The notes: generated by a model not told the origin, from the letters alone. Positions 32,950 through 43,841 are shown, counted from the stretch's first letter. The stretch: 64,000 bases of DNA from an uncultured bacterium (GCA_959020415.1 CAUERX010000002.1:13498-77497); one strand, 5' to 3'. Numbers and translations are program-made.

Positions 32950-33483
32950 TTATCCTTCAATATGCTTAGCTAGAAAGTTAGCGACAATTTTAGCGGTTTG
33001 AAAATCACTTTCGGTTACTTCTTCTTTTTTAGACATCACCATAATTACCCCAACAACATCACCACCAGCAATTATTGGCGAAAATATATAACTGGCATTT
33101 TCTTTTTTATCTTCAGACATTTCCACATCAGTCATATCTGGGTGAAAAATCTCTTTACGGTCATGCATAGCTTTAATGATTTGACCAGAGAGAGCTTTAT
33201 CTAAATACTCCTTTTTTAAACTACCACTAATCGAAATAAAAGTATCAGTATTAGTAATAAGAACGTTTTTCTTGGTGATTAAATGAATAGATTCAGCCAC
33301 TTCACTAGCTACATCTTTTAATTTATCGATTTGGCTATACTTTCTTAAAATGATATTATCATTTTCATCGATAAAAATTTCAAGGTTTTCACCATTTTTA
33401 ATTCTTAAATTTTTTCGTATTTCTTTTGGAATAACAATTCTTCCTAAATCGTCAATTCTTCTTACGACTCCTGTTGCTTTCAT
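32950..33483 (-). CDS. AbrB-family (SpoVT/AbrB N-terminal domain) transcriptional regulator with a C-terminal GAF-like domain, SpoVT-like
   Basis: MKATGVVRRIDDLGRIVIPKEIRKNLRIKNGENLEIF swapped-hairpin domain; 177 aa like SpoVT. Confidence 0.7.
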   Translation of the reverse strand: MKATGVVRRIDDLGRIVIPKEIRKNLRIKNGENLEIFIDENDNIILRKYSQIDKLKDVASEVAESIHLITKKNVLITNTDTFISISGSLKKEYLDKALSGQIIKAMHDRKEIFHPDMTDVEMSEDKKENASYIFSPIIAGGDVVGVIMVMSKKEEVTESDFQTAKIVANFLAKHIEG

Positions 33484-33600
33484 AGATTACCTTCTTTCTA
33501 AAAATATTGTGTGAGTAAATGGTAAAATTATACTCTTAACTTTTGCCTTTTTTGCAAGATTATGTTATTATTAAAAAAAGTAATAAGAAGAGGTTTTTGT

Positions 33601-34293
33601 ATGGAGAAGGAATGTATTTTACAAAAGTATGCAGCAATAGGCATCAACTCACAAAATGGATTATATGAATTTTTAATAAATAACGAGGAAGCTAAAGTTG
33701 GAAACAAAAAGTATAACTTAACAAAAAGTAATGAAGTTATGGAATTTATGGCGCCTTTTTTAGAGGCTTTGGGGTTTGAAGTTATTCGTCTTTATCTAGA
33801 AAAAGACAAAGATGTTAGTAGTAAAAAACAGATTCAAAATTTTCATTGGTTTTTAGCTTTTCATAGTGGATTAAAATGGTATTACTATGAAACTGCTTTG
33901 AAAGAGTTTCAAGGACAATATACTTTTGAAAACTATAATAATTTAACAACGTTCGCAGCAGTTAATTTAATCAATGTTTTAGAAAGTAAAGACGATGATG
34001 ACAAAGCTTATGAAAAATATACTTTAAAAGAAATTAAACCACTAAATAATTTTAAAATTCTAGATAACATTAAACAAAGTCAAGACGGAACAGAAATTTT
34101 GGTCTGGAGTGATTTAATTGGTAATTTTAATTACGAACAATTTATACCACAAACTGAAACGGAAAAATCAATCCCTAGACGGAAAAGAAGAAATACTAAT
34201 TTTGGGCTTTTTCTAATTGGCTTTGCTTTTACTTTAGTAATAAGCTTACTTATTTTATGGATTTTTGCAATAATTTATTATGGAAACAGATAA
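33601..34293 (+). CDS. hypothetical protein with a C-terminal transmembrane anchor
   Basis: ORF 33562-34293; ATG with RBS at 33601; C-terminal hydrophobic LFLIGFAFTLVISLLILWIFAIIYY. Confidence 0.5.
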   Translation: MEKECILQKYAAIGINSQNGLYEFLINNEEAKVGNKKYNLTKSNEVMEFMAPFLEALGFEVIRLYLEKDKDVSSKKQIQNFHWFLAFHSGLKWYYYETALKEFQGQYTFENYNNLTTFAAVNLINVLESKDDDDKAYEKYTLKEIKPLNNFKILDNIKQSQDGTEILVWSDLIGNFNYEQFIPQTETEKSIPRRKRRNTNFGLFLIGFAFTLVISLLILWIFAIIYYGNR

Positions 34294-34360
34294 TGTTTCT
34301 TTTATTTTTGGGGCAAACATGCTATAATGAAAATGTTTATTTTTTAAAAGGAGGATTTTT

Positions 34361-35983
34361 ATGGAAAAAACTTTGATATTTGGGCATCAAAAACCAGATA
34401 CTGATAGTGTTACTTCAGCTATTGTTTTATCTTATTTAAAAAATCAATTAGGCGAAGATACAGAGCCAAGAGTTTTAGGTAATATTAATAAAGAAACAAA
34501 ATTTGTTTTGGATTATTTTGATTTTGAAACACCAAAATATTTAAATGACGTTAGATTGGAAATTAAAGATATAGATTATGTAACTGACTGCTTTTTACAT
34601 GAAACTGATTCTATATATAAAGGATATAACTATATGAATGAAACTAAAATTGGAACTATTCCTGTTGTTTCTAAAGATGGAAAATATTTAGGCGCTGTTT
34701 CAATGAAAGATGTCGCCGGAAATTTAATTTCTGGAAAATTAGAATATATTAATACTTCTTATGATAATTTGTTAGAAGCATTAAAAGCTAAAGAAATCTT
34801 ACGTTTTGATAAAGAGATTACCGGAAATATAATTGTTCCATCATATAGAAGTACAACTTTTAAAGAGCTTATTAAGATCGATAAGGATAGCGTTCTAATA
34901 GTTGGTGATCGTCACAGCATTATTGAATATGCAGTTAACAACTCAGCATCAATTATTATTTTAACTAATGGTGTTGAAATGAAACCCGAACATTTAGAAA
35001 TTGCAAAGAAAAATCATGTTGATGTTATTAGTACTGATTTTGATGGTATTACTACGGCTAACTTAGTAGTTTTAAGTAATTATATAAAAGATAAAATTCA
35101 AAAAGATGAAATTATCGTAGTTAATGAAAATGATAATATATATGATGTTCTAGAGATTGCAAACAAGAAAAAATATAGCAACTATCCAGTTGTAGATAAT
35201 GATGGACATTGTTTGGGAATATTTAGAGCAAACATTTCAGATAATAAACATCCTAAAAAAGTTATCTTAGTTGATCACAATGAAAAAGAGCAAAGCGTTA
35301 TCGGATTAGATGAAGCTGAAATAGTTGAAGTTGTCGATCATCATAAAATTGGTAATATTGGTACTTCAGCGCCAATTAACTTTAGAAATATGCCTTTGGG
35401 ATGTACAGAAACTATTCTTTATTTAATGTATAAAGAAAATAATATTGAAATTCCTAAAAATATTGCTGGATTAATGATGTCAGGTATTATTTCTGATACT
35501 TTATTATTGACTTCACCAACCACAACGGAAACCGATAAAAAAGCTTTAGAAGAACTGGCAAATATTGCTGGCGTGAAATATGAAGAGTATGGCATGGAAA
35601 TGTTTAGGGCTGGATCTTCAATTGAAGGTATGAGTATTAGTGAAGTTATTCATGGCGATTTTAAAAACTTTACCATTGATAATCAAAAGGTTGGAATTGG
35701 TCAAGTTTCAACAATGAGCACCGAGGAAATCATGAGCAAAAAACAAGAATTTATTGATACGTTAAATGATATTGCTAAAAATGAAGATTATACTGCTGTA
35801 GCTTTATTTGTAACTGATATTCTTAAAAACGGTTCATATATTTTATTTAATGATAGTAGTAAACATATCTTTGGTGGTTCTTTCGGAGCTCAAGATATTG
35901 AACAAGGTTATTTCTTCGAAGGTTTAGTCTCTCGTAAGAAACAAGTAGTACCTAAAGTTATGAATTATATGGATAACAAATAA
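34361..35983 (+). CDS. ppaC: family II (Mn-dependent, DHH) inorganic pyrophosphatase with an inserted CBS-domain pair (CBS-PPase)
   Basis: MEKTLIFGHQKPDTDSVTSAIV N-terminus; 540 aa versus ~310 for plain PpaC; DHHA2 C-terminus. Confidence 0.8.
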   Translation: MEKTLIFGHQKPDTDSVTSAIVLSYLKNQLGEDTEPRVLGNINKETKFVLDYFDFETPKYLNDVRLEIKDIDYVTDCFLHETDSIYKGYNYMNETKIGTIPVVSKDGKYLGAVSMKDVAGNLISGKLEYINTSYDNLLEALKAKEILRFDKEITGNIIVPSYRSTTFKELIKIDKDSVLIVGDRHSIIEYAVNNSASIIILTNGVEMKPEHLEIAKKNHVDVISTDFDGITTANLVVLSNYIKDKIQKDEIIVVNENDNIYDVLEIANKKKYSNYPVVDNDGHCLGIFRANISDNKHPKKVILVDHNEKEQSVIGLDEAEIVEVVDHHKIGNIGTSAPINFRNMPLGCTETILYLMYKENNIEIPKNIAGLMMSGIISDTLLLTSPTTTETDKKALEELANIAGVKYEEYGMEMFRAGSSIEGMSISEVIHGDFKNFTIDNQKVGIGQVSTMSTEEIMSKKQEFIDTLNDIAKNEDYTAVALFVTDILKNGSYILFNDSSKHIFGGSFGAQDIEQGYFFEGLVSRKKQVVPKVMNYMDNK

Positions 35984-36001
35984 AAAAACTGGGATTAAAT
36001 C

Positions 36002-36514
36002 TCAGTTTTTTTTATATAACATTCTTGTGACACGCTGTTTGGCATATTGTTTTCTTTTTTCTTTTTCTTCACGTTTTTTCTTTTTTCTTCTATCATGTAG
36101 TGAATCACTGGTAACTAATATACCTCCAAACAATAATGCACTTCCGGAGCAAAAAAATAAATCTTTAAATCCGACTTCTTTTCTTGGAGTTACTGAACAT
36201 TGATGACCATTTAGTGGATAGGAATTATATGCAAAATAGCTAAGATCTTCTTGGGCCAACATATCTTTGGTAACTTTAGCATAAGTCCCATCTTCGAAGG
36301 TAATATTATAAGTGTTGTCTTCTAAAACCGCATTATCCATTTCTGGGCCATTAAACCAATAAGTTGTTGGCTCTTCTGGGACAAAGCAGCTTATGGCTAA
36401 AGATAAAGCTCCAACCATAAATAATCCTTTAGCAATTTGAGTCTTTGTTGGTGTATCTTTTGACAATTTTGGACTTTGACATTCTGAAATTGTATTAAAG
36501 GTTCTTATTTTCAT
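36002..36514 (-). CDS. hypothetical membrane/exported protein with a Lys/Arg-rich C-terminus
   Basis: ATG 36514 preceded by AAAGGGGGGG RBS; one TM segment. Confidence 0.5.
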   Translation of the reverse strand: MKIRTFNTISECQSPKLSKDTPTKTQIAKGLFMVGALSLAISCFVPEEPTTYWFNGPEMDNAVLEDNTYNITFEDGTYAKVTKDMLAQEDLSYFAYNSYPLNGHQCSVTPRKEVGFKDLFFCSGSALLFGGILVTSDSLHDRRKKKKREEKEKRKQYAKQRVTRMLYKKN

Positions 36515-36589
36515 ACTCGTCCCCCCCTTTCTAGCGTTATATATTACCAAATTATTTTTCTTATGTCAATTTGAGATGGTTTACTATTA

Positions 36590-39500
36590 TTAATCCCTTT
36601 TTTTAATACTACTTTCTAATATTTTCATTAAATCAATTAAATAATAAATAAAATGTTTATCTAATTTAATAGTATCCAAGGTAATTATTAATCTTTCAAA
36701 TTTCATACTAAATCTAAACATACGGCTTAATTTGCTAGCCTCATAAAATAATGTTTCACCATTTATTTTTTTTGTTAATTCTTTATCTAAAGTAATTTCA
36801 ATAAAGTTTTTGGTTTGTCTTATTTGTTTTATACCAATTTTATTAGCTAATTTTTCAAACCATTCTTCATGCATATAAATTATCAGGTCTTCAGATACTT
36901 TTCCGAAACGATCTTCTAACTCATTTTTTACTTCGTTCAATTTATCATACGAGTTTATACTATTAATCTTTTTATGAATTTCTATTTTTAAATCTTCTTC
37001 TGATACGTAATTATCATCTATTGCTGTTTTTACTTCAATCAGTGGATTAGTACTTGTATCTTCTTCTTTATATACTTCTTTACCTTGAAGCTTTTGAACT
37101 GCTTCATTTAACATTTCTAAAAAAAGTTCAATACCAATGCTGTCAATAAATCCTGCTTGCTCACTACCTAAAATATCACCAGCGCCTCTTATTGATAAAT
37201 CACGCATAGCAATTGCAAATCCGCTGCCTAATTCGGTAAAATCTTTAATAACTTTTAATCGTTTAACGGCAATTTCTGATAGTAATTTCTTATTATCATA
37301 CATCAAATAACAATAAGCTATTTTATTGCTACGGCCAATACGCCCTCTAATTTGGTACAATTGCGACAATCCAAAACGGTCAGCATCAATAATAATTAAC
37401 GTATTAACGGTTGGTATATCAATACCAGTTTCAATAATTGTCGTGCAGAGTAAAACATCAAATTCATGATTATTAAATCTAAACATAACATCTTCTAATT
37501 CATTTTTTGTCATTTGACCATGAGCTATTTCTATTTTTACATCAGGGATTAAGGCTTGTAACTCGCTTAACTTTGTATTCATATTTTTAATTTGATTAAA
37601 TAAAATGAACGTCTGCCCATTTCGCGCTAATTCCTTATACACTGCTTCTTTGATTATTTGGTTATTTTCAGCAAGGACGTAAGTTTGAATTGGATATCGA
37701 TCGACTGGTGGAGTTTCAAGCATTGATAAACTACGAATTCCGGCCATTGACATTTGAAGGGTTCTTGGAATTGGGGTTGCTGACAAGGTTAAAACATCTA
37801 CATTATTTTTGTATTGTTTTATTTTTTCCTTATGTTTAACACCAAATCTTTGCTCTTCATCAATAACTAGCAATCCTAAATCTTTGAATTTAACATCTTC
37901 ACTTAATAGACGATGCGTTCCAATTAATAAATCGATTTTGCCTTCTACTAATTTTTCTAAAATTTCTTTAATTTTTTTTGAACTAACAAAACGATTTAAA
38001 ATTTCAATATTAATAGGAAATGACTTGAATCTCTGAAGCGCATTTTTATAATGTTGTGATGAAAGAATCGTGGTTGGACATAGCATAGCAGCTTGCTTTC
38101 CAGATAAAATACATTTGAATATAGCGCGAAAAGCGACTTCTGTTTTTCCATAACCAACGTCACCACATAAGAGTCGATCCATTGGTCTAGGTTTTTCCAT
38201 GTCTTGTTTTATTTCTTCAGTAACTCTTATTTGATCGGCTGTTTCTGTATGTTCAAATTCTTTTTCGAAATCTATTTGTTCATCAGAATCTTTTACGAAA
38301 GCATATCCCTCTTTAGATTCTCTAATAGCATATAGTTCTAGTAATTCTTCTGCCATGTCTTCAGCACGTTTACGAGCTTTAGCTTTGGTTTTTTCCCATT
38401 CATGACTACCAAGTTTATTTAGTTTGGGTTCACTGCCATCTTTGCCAGAATATTTAGTAATTAAATCTAATTTTTCCACAGGAATATATAGCTTATCATT
38501 GTTTTTATATTCAATTGTTAAATAATCTTTGTTAAGACCATTTTTAGGCATAGTTCTAATTCCTAAATATCTACCAATTCCATGGGCGCCATGAACAACG
38601 TAGTCACCTATTTCTAATTTGGTAATATCTTTAATACGACTTCCATAACGAAATTTTGTTTTATAATTATTCTCTTCATTTTGATTGAATAATTCTCTTG
38701 GCGTGATTACAACATATTTATCGGTTTCAAATCCACTAGTTAGTTTTTTTACAATTAGATTTAATTTCCCGGGAAATAATTCTTGTTCGTTTGTATAGAT
38801 TAATTTAGGATTTTCTAAATTATCTATTAACTTATTAACTTGATAACGATTATCTAAGCAAATTATAACGTTTTTCTTTGATTTTAAATATACAGTTAAA
38901 CGATCATTAATATCCTTCGGAGTTTTTGAAAATGGTTCGATATCAAAAGTTTTATAACTTTGAATATTTTTAATATTATGATGATAATTTTCAAAAGTTT
39001 CAAATATTAACGGTTTCGATGCCTTAATATCTCCAAAATCATGCATATACTTTGTATCTTTTTCACGGTTAGCACTAATATTATAATTGGTTATTTCCTC
39101 TTGTAATAATTTATAGTTAGTTAGTAAATTATGATAATTATCATATACCGTTATTGGCTCATTCATATAACCTTCAATATTGGATACTTTTGTATATTTG
39201 TACATATCGCGATACGGAACCTCAAAAATATCTTTATCAATCAAAAACTCAGTATTTGGATAAATTGTTATTTCGCTTATGTTTTCATTTGTTCTTTGGG
39301 TATCAACATTAAAGGTTTTTAGTGAATCAATAGTGTCACCCCAAAATTCAATTCTTATGGGATCTGAATTGTTTAGTGGAAATACATCAAGGACAAAACC
39401 ACGAACGGCTATTTCACCGGTCATGTTAACAGTAGTCTCTCTTTTGTAACCAAGTTTATAGAACTTTTCAATCAATTTTTCGATTTTATAATCGCTGCCT

Positions 39501-39883
39501 ACTTTTAACTTTAAATAGCTCTCTTTAAAGTTTTTCTTTGGAGGTAAAAACCTTAAATATCCCATTAGATTAGTGATAACTATTCCCTTTTCTTCATTTA
39601 AAAGGTTATTAATGGTTTCTAAGCGGCTAATTTTAAACTCTGGGGAAATAGCTATTGCCTCACTAGTAAGAAAATCGTCCATTGGAAAAAACCATACTTT
39701 GTTAGTATAGTGGGATAATGAAGTATAAAGCTTTCCCGCTTCATGAAGATTTGAAGTTACTAATAGTAAGGATTTATTTTCTTTTTGAAATTTTTTATAT
39801 AAATACAAACTTTTTAATTCACTAGTAAGACCAATAACTTCTTCTTCTTCCTTAATATCAAAGATGTTATCTAGAAAACTCAT
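36590..39883 (-). CDS. mfd: transcription-repair coupling factor
   Basis: 1097 aa; DEAD/DEAH helicase motifs GYGKTEVA, DEEQRFG; pth-mfd context. Confidence 0.9.
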   Translation of the reverse strand: MSFLDNIFDIKEEEEVIGLTSELKSLYLYKKFQKENKSLLLVTSNLHEAGKLYTSLSHYTNKVWFFPMDDFLTSEAIAISPEFKISRLETINNLLNEEKGIVITNLMGYLRFLPPKKNFKESYLKLKVGSDYKIEKLIEKFYKLGYKRETTVNMTGEIAVRGFVLDVFPLNNSDPIRIEFWGDTIDSLKTFNVDTQRTNENISEITIYPNTEFLIDKDIFEVPYRDMYKYTKVSNIEGYMNEPITVYDNYHNLLTNYKLLQEEITNYNISANREKDTKYMHDFGDIKASKPLIFETFENYHHNIKNIQSYKTFDIEPFSKTPKDINDRLTVYLKSKKNVIICLDNRYQVNKLIDNLENPKLIYTNEQELFPGKLNLIVKKLTSGFETDKYVVITPRELFNQNEENNYKTKFRYGSRIKDITKLEIGDYVVHGAHGIGRYLGIRTMPKNGLNKDYLTIEYKNNDKLYIPVEKLDLITKYSGKDGSEPKLNKLGSHEWEKTKAKARKRAEDMAEELLELYAIRESKEGYAFVKDSDEQIDFEKEFEHTETADQIRVTEEIKQDMEKPRPMDRLLCGDVGYGKTEVAFRAIFKCILSGKQAAMLCPTTILSSQHYKNALQRFKSFPINIEILNRFVSSKKIKEILEKLVEGKIDLLIGTHRLLSEDVKFKDLGLLVIDEEQRFGVKHKEKIKQYKNNVDVLTLSATPIPRTLQMSMAGIRSLSMLETPPVDRYPIQTYVLAENNQIIKEAVYKELARNGQTFILFNQIKNMNTKLSELQALIPDVKIEIAHGQMTKNELEDVMFRFNNHEFDVLLCTTIIETGIDIPTVNTLIIIDADRFGLSQLYQIRGRIGRSNKIAYCYLMYDNKKLLSEIAVKRLKVIKDFTELGSGFAIAMRDLSIRGAGDILGSEQAGFIDSIGIELFLEMLNEAVQKLQGKEVYKEEDTSTNPLIEVKTAIDDNYVSEEDLKIEIHKKINSINSYDKLNEVKNELEDRFGKVSEDLIIYMHEEWFEKLANKIGIKQIRQTKNFIEITLDKELTKKINGETLFYEASKLSRMFRFSMKFERLIITLDTIKLDKHFIYYLIDLMKILESSIKKRD

Positions 39884-39887
39884 GCGA

Positions 39888-40451
39888 TCATCCTTTCGAA
39901 TTATACTTGTTCATGACATTGTCAAAATTCATTGATAAAAAGTCATCTATTAAACTTTCAGCTTTTTTATTAACAGAGTTCATTAAATTTAATTCGTCTA
40001 CTGGAACTTTACCAATGACATAATCAATTGAATCTTTATTCTTATCGTTCGAAATTCCAATTTTTAAACGTTTATAGTCCTGTGTTTTTAAATGGTTTTC
40101 AATATTTTTCAAACCATTATGCCCGCCTGATGATCCTTTATAACGAAGTTTAATTTTCCCTATTTCGGTATCTAAATCATCAACTATAATTAACAAATTG
40201 TTAACTTCAATTTTGAAAAAATCGAGATATGCCTTAATAACTTCACCTGATAAATTCATATATTTCTGGGGCTTTAATAATATAATCTTTTCACCATTAT
40301 GAAGAAAATCAGTATACAAGCCATTAAATTTTTCTTTATTGAAACTTAAGTTTTTGGCTTTAGCGTAACTATCGATAAATCTAAAGCCGGCATTATGTCT
40401 TGTATTTTCATATTCTTTACCTGGATTTCCAAGTCCGACGATTAATTTCAT
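39888..40451 (-). CDS. pth: peptidyl-tRNA hydrolase
   Basis: MKLIVGLGNPGKEYENTRHNAGF. Confidence 0.9.
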   Translation of the reverse strand: MKLIVGLGNPGKEYENTRHNAGFRFIDSYAKAKNLSFNKEKFNGLYTDFLHNGEKIILLKPQKYMNLSGEVIKAYLDFFKIEVNNLLIIVDDLDTEIGKIKLRYKGSSGGHNGLKNIENHLKTQDYKRLKIGISNDKNKDSIDYVIGKVPVDELNLMNSVNKKAESLIDDFLSMNFDNVMNKYNSKG

Positions 40452-40546
40452 ACATCTCACCTTTTTCTCTAATAGTATACTACATTTTTAATGAAATAAA
40501 AACATTTCATCAAAGATAACTGAAATGTTTTTGTTTGTTTACTATT

Positions 40547-41386
40547 TTAATTCAGATGGTGATATTCATTATATACTTCACTTTTAGGAATGTTACGGTC
40601 TTTAGCGACTAGTTTAATTGCTTCTTTTGAACCTTTTCCTTCTTTTAAATATATATTTATATGGTCAATTATTGAAAGATTACTAAAGTCTTTTTCTTCT
40701 TTATTACCTTCAATAATTAATACAATTTCACCTTTTAAATTATCAGCAGATTTTATTAATTCTTCAACAGTTCCTCTAATTACTTCCTCATATCTTTTAC
40801 TTATTTCTCTAGCAATTGCGCCTTTTCTATTTCCAAAAATGGATTTAATATTGTTTAAAGTTTTTGTAATGCGATGTGGAGCTTCATAAAAAACTATAGT
40901 AAATGGAGATTCTTTTAATTCTTCTAATTCTTTTTTACGTTTTGTTTCTTTACTGTTTAAAAATCCGTAAAAGGTAAATGGACCTTCACCTAATCCCGAC
41001 ATTACAACAGCGGGTATTACTGCTGTGGCACCTGGCAAACAGACAACATTATAACCTTTTTTAATAGCTTCTTTAACTAATATATAACCCGGATCACTAA
41101 TAACTGGTGTTCCACGATCACTAACTACGGCAACATTTTTCCCTTCTTTTAAATATTCTATTTCTCGATTGCAATTGCTATTTTCATTATAAAGATGACT
41201 CGATATTAACGGCTTTTTAATATTGAAATAGTTTAGTAATTGATTGGTTACTCTAGTATCTTCAGCAAATACTACATCAACTTCTTTTAAAATATTTAAA
41301 GCCCGATAAGTTATATCCTCCATATTACCAATTGGCGTTGGAACTATATATAGAGTTGGACTGTTATCATAACTTTTTTGACGCAT
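40547..41386 (-). CDS. rsmI: 16S rRNA (cytidine1402-2'-O)-methyltransferase
   Basis: LYIVPTPIGNMEDITYRALNILKEVDVVFAEDTR tetrapyrrole-methylase fold. Confidence 0.8.
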   Translation of the reverse strand: MRQKSYDNSPTLYIVPTPIGNMEDITYRALNILKEVDVVFAEDTRVTNQLLNYFNIKKPLISSHLYNENSNCNREIEYLKEGKNVAVVSDRGTPVISDPGYILVKEAIKKGYNVVCLPGATAVIPAVVMSGLGEGPFTFYGFLNSKETKRKKELEELKESPFTIVFYEAPHRITKTLNNIKSIFGNRKGAIAREISKRYEEVIRGTVEELIKSADNLKGEIVLIIEGNKEEKDFSNLSIIDHINIYLKEGKGSKEAIKLVAKDRNIPKSEVYNEYHHLN

Positions 41387-41394
41387 TTTATCAC

Positions 41395-42114
41395 CTACTC
41401 AAAATATGATTGAACTTCTTTGGTATAATTGCCATCTTCTTCATGGCTAATTAAGGGCGGCAAAACTTTTAAACCTTCTTTTCCGTTTTTTTTGCCCTCA
41501 ACTAAAACGATATTGGCTTCTTTGTTTTCTTTAGGATATACAAATCTAATTTTCTTTGGTTCTAAATTATATTTTCTCATGGTCTCTAAAATATCGGTTA
41601 AACGCTCTGGTCTATGGACCATGCCAATAACACCACCATTTTTTAACAGTTTTTTGGCAATTTCACAAATTTGATCTAAATTTAAAGTCACTTCATGGCG
41701 GGCCAAAGTTTTATAATCATTTTTGTTGAACTTTGAAGTATCATGTACTTTAAAAAAGGGGGGATTACAAGTAATTATATCAAAAAAATCTGAAGGATAT
41801 TTTTCCTTTAAGTTATTGATATCTTCATTGATAATTGTAATTTGATCTTTTAAATTATTTAGTTCAACTGATTTTTTCGCTAATTGGCTAGATTTACTTT
41901 GGATTTCTACTCCAATTATTTTACCGTTGGTTTTGGTTGATAATATCAAAGGTATTGGTGCATTACCAGTTCCAATATCCATAATTTTTTGAACATTAGA
42001 ATTAATAGTTATAAAATTAGGAAGTAGAACTGAATCTAATGAAAAGTTAAACATTTCCGTATCTTGATATATTCTTAAATTTTTATACCCTAATAAATAA
42101 TTAATAACTTCCAA
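41395..42114 (-). CDS. tRNA (adenine37-N6)-methyltransferase-like SAM MTase (YabB/TrmN6 family)
   Basis: DIGTGNAPIPLIL, NPPFF motif. Confidence 0.65.
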   Translation of the reverse strand: MEVINYLLGYKNLRIYQDTEMFNFSLDSVLLPNFITINSNVQKIMDIGTGNAPIPLILSTKTNGKIIGVEIQSKSSQLAKKSVELNNLKDQITIINEDINNLKEKYPSDFFDIITCNPPFFKVHDTSKFNKNDYKTLARHEVTLNLDQICEIAKKLLKNGGVIGMVHRPERLTDILETMRKYNLEPKKIRFVYPKENKEANIVLVEGKKNGKEGLKVLPPLISHEEDGNYTKEVQSYFE

Positions 42115-42894
42115 TTACTTGTCCACCATAACGATTCCATGTGATGGCACATCAACTTTATATTGTTGTTTTAAAATATCTAAGCCAATAACGGTTCCAT
42201 GACCAAATTCGGTTTTAACTTTATCACCTATTTTGGGTAAACATCCTCGGCAAGATTTATAGTCTTCATCCTCATACTTTAAGCAACAAAGTAAACGTCC
42301 ACAAACTCCGTTAATTTTACTAGGATTTAAAGATATGTTTTGATTTTTAGCCATATTTATAGAAACGGTATCCAGTTCTTTTAAAAATCTAGCGCAACAT
42401 AATTGCTGACCACAAGGACCACAACCTCCTACTTCTTTGGCTTTATCACGAACCCCTATTTGTCTTAATTCGATTCTAACTTTATAAATACTGGCTAATT
42501 CCTTGGCTAATTCACGGAAATCCACACGATTATCAGCTAGGAAACGAAATATTAATTTATCACGATCAAAAGTATAACTAGCATCAATTATTTGCATTTT
42601 CATTTTTTTCTTTTGAACCAAGTTACGACATTTGGCAAGGGCGTCTTTGCTATCTTTGAGATTTTTCATATGTCTTTTATAATCATCTTTACTAGAAATT
42701 CTAACTACTCGTTTTAGTTCACTTTTTAAAGCTTCTGGGCTGATTTCAATTCTATTGTTAATAACTTTACCAAATTGTAATCCTTGATCGGTTTCAACAA
42801 TAACAGTGACATTTTTCTTTAATTTGTAGCCGTTTGGATCGAAATAATAAATGCGTCCATATTCTTTAAAAGAAACACCCACAACTTCTATCAT
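42115..42894 (-). CDS. PSP1-domain protein YaaT/RicT homologue
   Basis: 259 aa, Cys-rich CGPCGQQLCCARF...CGRLLCCLKYE; follows holB as in B. subtilis. Confidence 0.75.
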   Translation of the reverse strand: MIEVVGVSFKEYGRIYYFDPNGYKLKKNVTVIVETDQGLQFGKVINNRIEISPEALKSELKRVVRISSKDDYKRHMKNLKDSKDALAKCRNLVQKKKMKMQIIDASYTFDRDKLIFRFLADNRVDFRELAKELASIYKVRIELRQIGVRDKAKEVGGCGPCGQQLCCARFLKELDTVSINMAKNQNISLNPSKINGVCGRLLCCLKYEDEDYKSCRGCLPKIGDKVKTEFGHGTVIGLDILKQQYKVDVPSHGIVMVDK

Positions 42895-43841
42895 TGTATC
42901 CCTCCTTCCAAAGTGATAATTAACTTGTCCATAAGTAAGCTCGTATTAGCATTATATTTAATTTTTTCTTTAAATTCGGTAATTATATTTAATTTTTTAC
43001 TAATGGTTTTTAAATTGTTTTTGCCCGCAATGTATTCAATATCATTCTTATAATCAACAAATATTTCTAAATTACGATTAGTTAAATAATTTAAAATATC
43101 TTTATAATATAATGCCATAATGTCAAAAGCAATCAATAAATCTTCTTTTGATTTAATATAATCATGCCATAACTTTTGCATATATATTATAGTATCAATT
43201 TTGTTTTTTTCATAATAATTAACAAATTTTATAACTTTTTCATATTTTTCTAATTCCTCTTCAGCCGCGGCGATTTCACCTTTGCAAAGAAGATGACGTA
43301 GACGCGCTAAAGTTTTTTCTTCTTTAAAATCTTGTTTTTCTTCTTTTAATTTTATTATTTGACAACGGGATCTAATTGTTTCCAATACTTGATAAATGTT
43401 CTCGGTTATTAAAATAGCAATTATTCCCTCTTCTGGTTCTTCTAAAAATTTTAAAATTGAGTTGGCTGCTTGTTTATTTAATTTGTCAGCACCATTTATT
43501 ATATATATTTTTTTATTACCAATAATAGCTTTTTTATTAAATTCTTCCTGAAGCTTTTGGAGTTGATCCTTTTTTATCCACATTCCATCAGGAGATATGA
43601 TTTCTATTTCTGGAAAGTTACCACTTTCAATTACTTCACATTGTTTGCAATCCTGACAATTTTTATTATTAGTATAACTATGTGGGCAAGAAATAGTTTT
43701 AACAAATGAAAATATTAAGTTAAAACTATCATAAAAACCATTGGTCTCAAAAAGATATGCATGCGAATATTTATTTTTTAAAGCGGCATTTCTTAATATT
43801 CTATACACTATTGGTTGTAGGTTTTGATATTCATCTAACAT
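42891..43841 (-). CDS. holB: DNA polymerase III delta-prime subunit
   Basis: 316 aa; Cys cluster CPHSYTNNKNCQDCKQC; AAA-like, lacks an intact P-loop. Confidence 0.75.
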   Translation of the reverse strand: MLDEYQNLQPIVYRILRNAALKNKYSHAYLFETNGFYDSFNLIFSFVKTISCPHSYTNNKNCQDCKQCEVIESGNFPEIEIISPDGMWIKKDQLQKLQEEFNKKAIIGNKKIYIINGADKLNKQAANSILKFLEEPEEGIIAILITENIYQVLETIRSRCQIIKLKEEKQDFKEEKTLARLRHLLCKGEIAAAEEELEKYEKVIKFVNYYEKNKIDTIIYMQKLWHDYIKSKEDLLIAFDIMALYYKDILNYLTNRNLEIFVDYKNDIEYIAGKNNLKTISKKLNIITEFKEKIKYNANTSLLMDKLIITLEGGIQ

